A stretch of 64,000 nt of DNA from an uncultured Verrucomicrobiae bacterium (GTDB lineage Bacteria; Verrucomicrobiota; Verrucomicrobiia; Chthoniobacterales; Chthoniobacteraceae), in NCBI GenBank assembly GCA_963828525.1, contig CAWHEP010000004.1:64001-128000 (forward strand), in the 5' to 3' direction. The notes below the pieces were generated by a model, which was not told the origin of the DNA, did not search any database, and saw only the letters and a program-made list of their open reading frames with translations. The translations under genes and the position numbers were made by a program. Below are positions 11,797 to 19,938 of this stretch, piece after piece (position 1 is the stretch's first letter; the number at the start of each line of letters is the position of its first letter).

Positions 11797-11859
11797 GGCG
11801 CCAAGGTTACACTGGTTTCAGCCGCAGTCTCTGTCAAAAAGCCGTATAAATTCCCGCTC

Positions 11860-12216
11860 TTAGCCGAGAAAATCCTGCTCTTGCTCGGGCGGGAGCAAGG
11901 CATTTTCCAGCGCCGTGCGGAACATCAGGAGCGTATTCGTCACAAACAGCGGATCACGCTGCTCGGCGGGGTCGACGAACTCATCCAGAAAATCCTCAAT
12001 CGACAGGTGTCCGTAATCATCAAGCGTCAAATCGCTTAGCTTCCGGGAAAAGGCCATCTTATGGGTAGCCTCAAAGGCGCAGAGAACCAGCTCGAAATCA
12101 AGGTCGTCAAATTCCTCGCTGAAGAGCTCCTCAACCCGGCTCTCCTCCTCGCAATGCACCCGATCGTCGCTCACGCAACGCACGATGGAAACGAATGATG
12201 AAACCAGATAACTCAT
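11860..12216 (-). CDS. Acidic hypothetical protein with weak acyl-carrier-like pattern
   Basis: 118 aa from MSYLVSS, strongly acidic; FDDLDFELVLCAFEATHKMAF. Confidence 0.6.
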   Translation of the reverse strand: MSYLVSSFVSIVRCVSDDRVHCEEESRVEELFSEEFDDLDFELVLCAFEATHKMAFSRKLSDLTLDDYGHLSIEDFLDEFVDPAEQRDPLFVTNTLLMFRTALENALLPPEQEQDFLG

Positions 12217-12287
12217 GCCTTGGAGGTTGCCACAGGGAAACTGTGGCATTCCGCGCGGGTTCTGCAAAGGGGGGATTTTACCGGGTC

Positions 12288-13229
12288 TCAGCCGCGCTCC
12301 CCGAGTGCCGATGGCTTGTCCTCGGGAGCATCCGTTGCCCCGCCTTGCGCCAGCTTTATACGTGTAATATCGCGGCTGAGGCACACCATCCCCACGATCT
12401 CTCCGCTGGCGTCCCGAAACGGAATCTTTGTTGTCGAAAGCCAGCGCTTCTCCTTGGAACGCGAGACGGCAGGCTCTTCCCTATTGAGGATCGGTTCCCC
12501 GGATCGCATGATAGTGATGTCATCCGTATGATAGCGCTCCGCCAGACTTTTTGAGAAAAACGAAAAAACCGTTTTCCCCACTACTTCTTCGGCCGTCTTG
12601 ACGCCCAGAAACGCGCGATGCGCCGGGTTGTCCAGAACATAGCGGCCGGCATTATCCTTCACATAAAGGTGATCCGGTAGATTATTGATAACCGTGAGAA
12701 GAAGGGAGCGCTCTTTTCCGAGAGCCTCCTCCGCGCGCCGGGCGTGAGTCACATCACGCGCGATGACCGAAGCTCCAACGATAATTCCGGATGCGTCCTT
12801 GAACGGCGAAATGGCAGTGGAAAAATGGATGACATTCCCGTCCTTAAGGATTCGGCGGGATTCAAAGGGGTCTGCATGTTCCCCGATCCTAACCTTGTCC
12901 AGAATCTCAGCCAGCTCGCCGCGTCGATTTGGCGGTACAAGGCTCGAAAAATGTCGCCCCTTTAAATCTTCGCCGGGACGGCCAAAGATTCTTTCAGACG
13001 CTTTGTTCCACGTGAAAATAACGCCGTCAAGATTGATTCCAATGATCGCGTCATCCGAATATTTAACGATAGCCGCGAGGCGGAAAAGTTCATCCTCGCA
13101 GTCGTCTGAAGATGGTGCGGCGCCGCCATTGCTGGGCGGTGCCGCGGCGCTCTGCGGGGCGCAGGATTCACTGGCGTGCAAATGCTGTGTCAAAGGGCGG
13201 CCTCCTTTGCCAATGTGAGCATTTTTCAT
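12288..13229 (-). CDS. PAS-PAS sensor protein with no output domain
   Basis: LAAIVKYSDDAII..WNKASERIFG..ARDVT; LPDHLYVKDNAGRY..KIPFRDASGEIVG..SRDIT. Confidence 0.85.
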   Translation of the reverse strand: MKNAHIGKGGRPLTQHLHASESCAPQSAAAPPSNGGAAPSSDDCEDELFRLAAIVKYSDDAIIGINLDGVIFTWNKASERIFGRPGEDLKGRHFSSLVPPNRRGELAEILDKVRIGEHADPFESRRILKDGNVIHFSTAISPFKDASGIIVGASVIARDVTHARRAEEALGKERSLLLTVINNLPDHLYVKDNAGRYVLDNPAHRAFLGVKTAEEVVGKTVFSFFSKSLAERYHTDDITIMRSGEPILNREEPAVSRSKEKRWLSTTKIPFRDASGEIVGMVCLSRDITRIKLAQGGATDAPEDKPSALGERG

Positions 13230-13445
13230 GCTGAGACCATAGTCCGGTGATGCAAGAATGAAAGCTAGTATGAAACCTCTCTTCGGATCACAATTCGTAA
13301 CAGTCTGTTTTACAAGCGAAAACTAACGGCAGGCGATAAGAAGCCTGCATAAAAATATTGTTTGGACGGGCGATTCTACTTGTCGAACAGGCGCCTTGTA
13401 CGTAGCAAGTTCCGGCGTAACCATCCGTCCGTCCCGACAGCTAAA

Positions 13446-15143
13446 ATGAAGAATTTCAGGTTTGCTCCTTATCGTAATGTCGTAGGAAAATTTCTTTTTC
13501 CTTTTATCCTTAGTGGCGCGAGCGCAACTCCTCTTGGGTCGAACGACGGCAAAGCGTCTGTTGACGCGGGAAAAGGATGCGCGTTACTCGAACAGTGCGA
13601 GCCCAAGGAAAATTCCCCCGAGATATGGGGCGATCTCGGGTCTTCGTATTATGCGACGGGCAGTCATATGGCTCCAAATGGCGTGCCATTCAGGCCCGTG
13701 TTCTCCTCAGATTTAAACCTGAACCTGGGATTGTTGTCGCGTAAACGGCTGTATCTATTCACCGAGGATACATTCTGGGCTCAGCGCGCCAGCGCTGCCG
13801 TGACAAATTCGCACCAAGGCAGCTTTGATTTCAGCAAGAGGGAAGTAGATCTTCATGTCGGCCTCGCCTGGAACGTATTCAACCGCTTCGAACTCAGGAG
13901 CTCTTATTACGCTCTGAATAATCTGAACCGCGGCACCTCGGAAGTAAAAAGTTCCGGGTTCAAAGATGGTTCACAGGTGGAGGGCCGTTATTACTTTGGG
14001 CCAGCTGACATCTTTGACGTGGGGCGCCTGAGCTTCGTAAGCCTTGGCTATTATCCCACCAAAACATTGGTCGGCGGGAATGGCGAAGCGTTCGAACCAG
14101 GTCTGTTCACAAGAACTTACGTGACCTGGGACGTCCCTCTTCTACGGTCCTACCTCTTTGCGGATGGGCAGGTAACCGGCCAGAAGGGAGCCACGCCAAG
14201 ACTCCTAACCCTGAACGCGGGAGTTGCCACACGGCCAATGGGACTCGCTCACAACCTCGAGTTCCGAGTGGGTGACGAGGTCACAGACGACGTGAGGGAC
14301 GGCGCTACGCGGAACCTCGTCTATTTCGCTTTCCGTATTGATTTCCAAGCTGATCCGCGCAAATGCGGAAGCCCGGATCTGAAGAATGCCGCGGCCAGCT
14401 ACTGGCCCGAGGTATGGGGCGAACTCGGCTCCCAGTATTACTTCACGGGCAGTCGCGTAGCCCCTAACGGCGTTCCATTTCGCCCGGTGTTCTCATCAGA
14501 CCTCAACTTGAACATCGGTTTGCTCTCGAAGAAGAAGCTTTACTTGTTCACAGAAGATACTTTTTGGGCGCAGCGGGCGTCCGCTGGAGTGACGAATTCG
14601 CATCAAGGCAGCTTTGACTTTAGCAAACGCGAAGTCGATCTCCACGTTGGACTTGCGGCGCGTGTGTTCTACCGATTTGAAGTGCGAGCCTCCTATTACG
14701 CGCTCACTAATCTCAATCGGGGCGATTCGAATGCCATTGCCTCGGGTGGCAAAGATGGCACGCAAGTCGAGACCCGCTACTACCTCCCCGGCGCAAGCGA
14801 CTTCGATGTGGACAAGCTGGGATTTATCAGCCTCGGCTACTACCCTACCAAGACGCTGGTAGGCGGAAATGGGACAAGCTTCGAACCCGGTGTTTTTGCG
14901 CGCGCCTATCTGACACGGGACATCCCATGCCTGCGCTCATTCATCTACGGCGACGGCCAGTTTACCGCGGAACGGGGCGCCACGCCTCGATTGCTCACGT
15001 TTGACGCTGGAATCGCGACTCGGCCATTTCCCCGTCTTGGAAGCCTTGAATTTCGACTGGGAGATCAAGTGACGCGAGACGTGAAGGCTGCGGACACCAG
15101 AAACCTGGTTTATCTCGGCGCGCGGGTGTTGTTTGGGAACTGA
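13446..15143 (+). CDS. Exported protein with two tandem ~245-aa beta-rich (outer-membrane barrel-like) domains
   Basis: Signal-like N-terminus, amphipathic strands rich in Y/F/G, internal duplication, aromatic terminal strands. Confidence 0.75.
   Translation: MKNFRFAPYRNVVGKFLFPFILSGASATPLGSNDGKASVDAGKGCALLEQCEPKENSPEIWGDLGSSYYATGSHMAPNGVPFRPVFSSDLNLNLGLLSRKRLYLFTEDTFWAQRASAAVTNSHQGSFDFSKREVDLHVGLAWNVFNRFELRSSYYALNNLNRGTSEVKSSGFKDGSQVEGRYYFGPADIFDVGRLSFVSLGYYPTKTLVGGNGEAFEPGLFTRTYVTWDVPLLRSYLFADGQVTGQKGATPRLLTLNAGVATRPMGLAHNLEFRVGDEVTDDVRDGATRNLVYFAFRIDFQADPRKCGSPDLKNAAASYWPEVWGELGSQYYFTGSRVAPNGVPFRPVFSSDLNLNIGLLSKKKLYLFTEDTFWAQRASAGVTNSHQGSFDFSKREVDLHVGLAARVFYRFEVRASYYALTNLNRGDSNAIASGGKDGTQVETRYYLPGASDFDVDKLGFISLGYYPTKTLVGGNGTSFEPGVFARAYLTRDIPCLRSFIYGDGQFTAERGATPRLLTFDAGIATRPFPRLGSLEFRLGDQVTRDVKAADTRNLVYLGARVLFGN
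13617..15140 (+). repeat. Intragenic direct duplication (units ~13617-14345 and ~14406-15140)
   Basis: Both units start PE(I/V)WG(D/E)LGS and share APNGVPFRPVFSSDLNLN, TNSHQGSFDFSKREVDLHVGLA, LGYYPTKTLVGGNG, TRNLVY, with many synonymous differences. Confidence 0.95.
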
Positions 15144-15312
15144 CGGATTGCTCGTCTTTTTTTGAACATCAGTCGACAAGCTCTGTCGAAGTTATTGGTT
15201 TAGGTCGATTCGGGCAAGCGCATGGAATTGATTACTCCTTGGTCATGCGCTGCCCGAATCCTTTTTTTTGCCCGCGATTTCGAAACGTCGCACTGCTGAT
15301 CGGGAAGTTTTT

Positions 15313-15798
15313 GTGAGGCAAACGCTTTGGTGGGTGCTCACCTTGGCGCTCATGCTGGGAGGGCTGATCGGGACAGTCATTCCCCTCATCCCTGGGGCGC
15401 TGGTCATTCTGCTGGCAGCGGTGATGCATCACTTGGTCTTGGGTTCCGCAAAAAGCGTCGGCTATCTAACTCTGGTCGGCCTTGCTGTTTTGATGATTCT
15501 GGCTCAGGCGCTGGAGTTCATCAGTGGCTCCGTCGGCGCGAAGTGGTACGGAGCGACAAGATGGGGTGCCATAGGGGGAATCTTGGGTGGCCTGGTTGGG
15601 ATCTTCCTCGGTTTGCCCGGGCTCTTCCTTGGACCTGTCGCAGGCGTTCTGCTCTTCGAATTGCTTGGCGGAAAAGGGCTTCTGCCTGCGACTCGCTCGA
15701 CTTGGGGAACCCTCCTCGGGACCACCGCTGGGATCCTCGCTCAATTCGTAATTGGACTGCTTATGATTGCGTGGTTTGTCATCGCTGCCTTGATGTGA
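15313..15798 (+). CDS. DUF456 family membrane protein
   Basis: GLIGTVIPLIPG, GAKWYGATRWGAIGGILGGLVG, FLGPVAG; likely GTG start at 15313. Confidence 0.85.
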   Translation: MRQTLWWVLTLALMLGGLIGTVIPLIPGALVILLAAVMHHLVLGSAKSVGYLTLVGLAVLMILAQALEFISGSVGAKWYGATRWGAIGGILGGLVGIFLGLPGLFLGPVAGVLLFELLGGKGLLPATRSTWGTLLGTTAGILAQFVIGLLMIAWFVIAALM

Positions 15799-15908
15799 AC
15801 AGCGCCAGGTACGGGCAGGATTTGTAGTCGGTTTTATCTTGTCGCAGATGGGAGTGGCGTCCGATGCCCACCGTCCTTCCATGAGAACGCCGTTGCGGTA
15901 CAATTTTC

Positions 15909-15953
15909 TTGTGAGGGGAATTCGATCTGCTACTATCGGCGCTTATTCGAATT
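15909..15953 (+). promoter_or_regulatory. Putative sigma70 extended -10 promoter bracketed by a 7-bp inverted repeat
   Basis: TTGTGA-N16-TACTAT with TG at the extended position; AATTCGA (15919-15925) and TCGAATT (15947-15953). Confidence 0.4.
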
Positions 15954-15955
15954 TT

Positions 15956-16381
15956 ATGGCAACAAAGCAAACTGCTCAGAGGGCGCAATCAAACTCCAGT
16001 CCATTCCACATTCTAGGTGATACGCTGGAGTCAGCGGCTGAGAATTTCGAAGAGGCCACGGCGAACGCGCACGACTCCGCGAAGCGCGCGGCTGAAGTAA
16101 CGAAAAGCGCGCTCACCAATGCTCTTTATAAAACCTGTTACGGGCTTTCCTACGGCGCCGTGTTTAGCTCCGTCTTCCTGGTGGAGATGATGCCCTCCTC
16201 AAACACGATGCGGCGCGGCTTCACCGAGGGGGCGGAAGCCGCTCTTGAAGCGGTGGAACGCAAGACCGCGGTGACGGTGGAGCAGCCGATTCAAAAGGGA
16301 AAGCGCGCGGTGAAGCCTCGAGCGCGGGCTTCCAGAACTGCCAAACCGCGTCCTGCGGCAGTGGCTGCGGCGGACGAATAG
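15956..16381 (+). CDS. Small protein with helical N-terminus, GxxxG hydrophobic segment and basic tail
   Basis: YKTCYGLSYGAVFSSVFLV segment; K/R/P/A-rich C-terminus; first gene before the P-type ATPase. Confidence 0.75.
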   Translation: MATKQTAQRAQSNSSPFHILGDTLESAAENFEEATANAHDSAKRAAEVTKSALTNALYKTCYGLSYGAVFSSVFLVEMMPSSNTMRRGFTEGAEAALEAVERKTAVTVEQPIQKGKRAVKPRARASRTAKPRPAAVAAADE

Positions 16382-16482
16382 AAGGAGCGTCACTTCGACC
16401 TTTCATCCACCCCAAGTTCCTCCAAAAGGGGGGCAGCGTTGGCGAGTCTGACGCGTGATTTTCTGTCCATGAGGTTTGCGAC

Positions 16483-19083
16483 ATGCAAGTAGCTCTGGAT
16501 ACCTTGGTCGGGCGTCGAGTGATGCCGATGAATGGTCGGCACGGCAAGCTAACGAGGTCGGCGGGCAGGTTGCTGGTTCCCGTCAACAAGAGGCGTCGGG
16601 AGGTCTCGGATTTTAGCGTGACTTTTCCCGAGGATCATCGGGTTTCATTTCACAGCGGGCACCGCTTCTCGTCGTGGCGCAGCCAGTTCTCACGAGAGTT
16701 CATTACGCGCTGTTTCAGCGCGTTGGAAGTCCGGGAGGTTGAAATCGATACTGTCGCCCGTACGGCGGAACTTCTTCTCCACCCCTCCTCGCATCCACCG
16801 GACGTCGCGCGGAAACTTGCGAAGATCTTCCGTGGAGAGGTCGCTCCAGATATCAGCCCCGTTTTCTGCGCCCATCTTCAGCGAGCCCTGCCGAAGACCC
16901 AGCCCCGTCTCCGGGCGTTCCGCTTCGGTCAGATCATTAGCACATGGGAGCTTCGTTCCTCCGATCCAAAACGCCTCAGGCTCCGCAACGCCTTGATCAT
17001 CAACAAACCGTACCTTGTGAAGCTCATCGAGCAGGAGTTGATGAGCCTGCTCGGGATTGAGAACTATAAGGTGCATCAGCGCGCTGGCAGTATCACCATA
17101 GACTACTGCTGCAGGACGATTCACCCCCAGCAGATCGTCCAAGGACTCGACAACGCGATCTCCAGGGCTCCCGCTCGACAGCCGAGGACAAGGCGTGACT
17201 TCGATCTTCCCATCGCGACGACTTCTCTTGTGCTCTCGGCCTCAGCCACCTTTTTTGTTCCGGCTTTGCTGCCGGTCGGCGCGCTCCTTATGCTTTGCAC
17301 GGCCATCCCGAGTTACAAGCGCGCCTATCGTGTGATTTTCAAACAGCGCCGCATGGGCGTGGATGTGCTCGATAGCACCATCTTTACCGCCTGCTTGTTC
17401 ACCGGCCAGATTTTTGCGGGCGCGATGACTGCCTGGTTCCTCAGTTTTGGACGTCGTTTACTCCTGCGCACGCGCGCCGATTCAGCCAAGGTTTTGCTGC
17501 AGGTGTTCGGCAAACAGCCAAGCCTGGCGCGCGTCCTGAAAGGGGGCCTCGAGGTGGAGACCTCGTTGGACAGGATAGAGCGAGGTGATCATGTGGTCGT
17601 TTACACAGGCGAGGTAGTGCCTGTCGATGGGATCGTCTTCGAGGGGGACGCAATCCTGGATCAGCATGCGCTCACAGGTGAATCAGCCCCTGCCGAAAAG
17701 ACCGCGGGCGACAAGGTTTTCGCTTCTACGGTGATGCTGGCGGGAAAGATCATTGTGGAGGTAGAACAGGCCGGCAAAGAAACGGCCTCCAGCAAGATCA
17801 GCGCGATCCTCAATCAAACTGTTTCCTACAAGCTTAATTCCCAATCCCGAGGCGAAGAACTTGCAGATAAAGCGGTTGGTCCCTCCTTCGGTCTCGCCGC
17901 CATCGCGGGCAGCGTTCTGGACGTAAGCGGCGCTCTCGCCGTCATTAATTCAGAGATGGGAACTGGGATTCGCATGGCGGCGCCTCTGGGCATGCTTACC
18001 TCTCTCACCTCCTGCGCTCAGAACGGCATCTTGGTGAAGGATGGCCGGGCCTTGGAAATCATGCGCAAGGTGGATACAGTCCTTTTTGATAAAACTGGGA
18101 CGCTTACTCGCGAAAAGCCGGAAGTAGCTCGCATCATCTGCTGCAAACCCTACACCGAAAAAACCCTGCTCACCTACGCCGCGGCCGCCGAGCAGAAATT
18201 CACGCATCCCATCGCCCTCGCAATCCTCGAAAAGTTTAACTCTCTCGGAGAGCCGCTCCCATCCCTGGATGATTCCAAGTATCAGGTTGGCTACGGCATT
18301 ACGGTGGAGATCAACAAACAGACGGTGCGGGTCGGCAGCCGCCGGTTTATGGAGATGGAGAAAATACCGATACCGGCATGGGTCGATGTAGAGCTTGCGA
18401 CCATGCACCGGGACGGAAATTCCTTTGTGAATGTCGCCATCAACGATGAGATGGCGGGCGTGCTGGAACTCTCCTCATCTCACCGCCCGGAGGTTGAGGA
18501 AATCCTGGCTGGCCTGCGCGCTCGCGGCGTGAAGCACCTCGCTATCATCTCGGGAGATCATGAAGAGCCAACACGGCGACTCGCTGAGAAGCTTGGAATG
18601 GATCGCTACTTCGCCGAGGTCCTTCCGCAGGACAAGGCGCGCTACGTCCAGAAGCTGCAGGCGGAGGGCCGCACAGTCTGCTTCGTTGGGGATGGAATCA
18701 ACGATTCCATCGCGCTCAAAAAAGCAAACGTTTCCATCTCCTTGCGAGGCGCTTCGAGCATCGCTACTGATACCGCGCAGATCGTCTTCATGGAGGAATC
18801 GCTATCCAAGATCTGCGCCCTCTTTGACTTTTCCAACGGGCTTGAGGCGAACGTCGAGAGGAGCTGGTATCTCATTCTTTTGCCTAACAGCTTCTGCATA
18901 GCGGGTGTATTCCTCTTTGGCTTTAACATCTGGCACTCCGTTTTCTTCAATAACGTTTCAGCCTTGCTCTCACTTGCAAATGGGATGGTGCCTCTCAAGC
19001 AAGTTGAGACGGTCCATAAAAAATGGGAGACCAATCTGAATCGGGCTCTCCAAGCCGCGCCGAAGCCTCCGTTACCCGTCTGA
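16483..19083 (+). CDS. Heavy-metal P1B-type ATPase lacking CPx (P1B-6/FezB-like); start uncertain
   Basis: LTGES, DKTGT, HP, SGD, VGDGIND all intact; SEMGTGIRMAAP in place of CPC; N-terminal RLRLR HMA-like domain without CxxC. Confidence 0.9.
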   Translation: MQVALDTLVGRRVMPMNGRHGKLTRSAGRLLVPVNKRRREVSDFSVTFPEDHRVSFHSGHRFSSWRSQFSREFITRCFSALEVREVEIDTVARTAELLLHPSSHPPDVARKLAKIFRGEVAPDISPVFCAHLQRALPKTQPRLRAFRFGQIISTWELRSSDPKRLRLRNALIINKPYLVKLIEQELMSLLGIENYKVHQRAGSITIDYCCRTIHPQQIVQGLDNAISRAPARQPRTRRDFDLPIATTSLVLSASATFFVPALLPVGALLMLCTAIPSYKRAYRVIFKQRRMGVDVLDSTIFTACLFTGQIFAGAMTAWFLSFGRRLLLRTRADSAKVLLQVFGKQPSLARVLKGGLEVETSLDRIERGDHVVVYTGEVVPVDGIVFEGDAILDQHALTGESAPAEKTAGDKVFASTVMLAGKIIVEVEQAGKETASSKISAILNQTVSYKLNSQSRGEELADKAVGPSFGLAAIAGSVLDVSGALAVINSEMGTGIRMAAPLGMLTSLTSCAQNGILVKDGRALEIMRKVDTVLFDKTGTLTREKPEVARIICCKPYTEKTLLTYAAAAEQKFTHPIALAILEKFNSLGEPLPSLDDSKYQVGYGITVEINKQTVRVGSRRFMEMEKIPIPAWVDVELATMHRDGNSFVNVAINDEMAGVLELSSSHRPEVEEILAGLRARGVKHLAIISGDHEEPTRRLAEKLGMDRYFAEVLPQDKARYVQKLQAEGRTVCFVGDGINDSIALKKANVSISLRGASSIATDTAQIVFMEESLSKICALFDFSNGLEANVERSWYLILLPNSFCIAGVFLFGFNIWHSVFFNNVSALLSLANGMVPLKQVETVHKKWETNLNRALQAAPKPPLPV

Positions 19084-19095
19084 CCCATCGCGCCT

Positions 19096-19938
19096 GTGAT
19101 TCAAATTTTAAAAAAAGGCGAGACCTCGTTGACCACCCTGGAAGGGGGCGAATTGGATGCCGCGGCGATCAAGGAAGCTCTTTGGATCGATGTTCTTCAG
19201 GCGTCGGACGCGGAGGAGAATCTGGTCGAGAAAGCCTTGGACATCAGCCTTCCAAGCAAGGAAGAGATGCTTGAGATCGAGGAATCCAGCAGGCTTTTTG
19301 AAGAGGACGGAGCCCTCTTCATGTCCTGCTGGTTGCTGTGCTATGACTCGCCAATCCCGATTAATGCCTCGCTGACCTTTATAGTCACTCCGGAGCATTT
19401 TCTCAGCATTCGCCACTCCGATCATCACGCATTCCGCATTTTCTCCGGGGGACAGAAGCGGAAGCAGTCCCGTCGGTTTCGCAACACGGGGGATGTTTAT
19501 GCTGAACTCATGGATGCCATCACCGGCCACGTGGCTTACACGCTCCGACTGGTGGAGCAGGATCTGAATAATCTATCTGTGGAAATTTTTGCGGAGCAAA
19601 AAGGGCATGTCCGCCGTTTCCGGCCCATCGGCCTGAAGCGTGTTGTGAAGCGATTGGGTAAGAGGAATTCCCTCGTTGCCAGCTTGCGCGAGAGTTGCGT
19701 CAGCCTTTCGATGATCACGCCCTTTTTTGCCGCAAACGGCAAACCATGGTTGACGCCTGAGGCCTCCTCCCGGCTGGTCACCTTGCAGCGCGATATCCAA
19801 TCTTTGGGAGAGTACAACGTGCAACTCTCCTCTGAAATTGCCTTCCTTCTTGATTCGACGGTTGGCTTGATCAACTTCGAACAGAACCAGATGATGAAGT
19901 GGCTCGGCGCCGCGGCGATCCTCGTGGCTTTTCTTTGA
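19096..19938 (+). CDS. CorA-family protein ending before the GMN motif
   Basis: ALWIDV, LPSKEEMLEIEESSRLFEE, FLLDSTVGLINFEQNQMMK; ends after one short hydrophobic segment. Confidence 0.85.
   Translation: MIQILKKGETSLTTLEGGELDAAAIKEALWIDVLQASDAEENLVEKALDISLPSKEEMLEIEESSRLFEEDGALFMSCWLLCYDSPIPINASLTFIVTPEHFLSIRHSDHHAFRIFSGGQKRKQSRRFRNTGDVYAELMDAITGHVAYTLRLVEQDLNNLSVEIFAEQKGHVRRFRPIGLKRVVKRLGKRNSLVASLRESCVSLSMITPFFAANGKPWLTPEASSRLVTLQRDIQSLGEYNVQLSSEIAFLLDSTVGLINFEQNQMMKWLGAAAILVAFL

Noticed and set aside
13617..15140. Assembly duplication or a diversity-generating retroelement TR/VR pair
   Set aside because: Differences are mostly synonymous and not adenine-specific, both copies are in one frame, and no reverse transcriptase is present.
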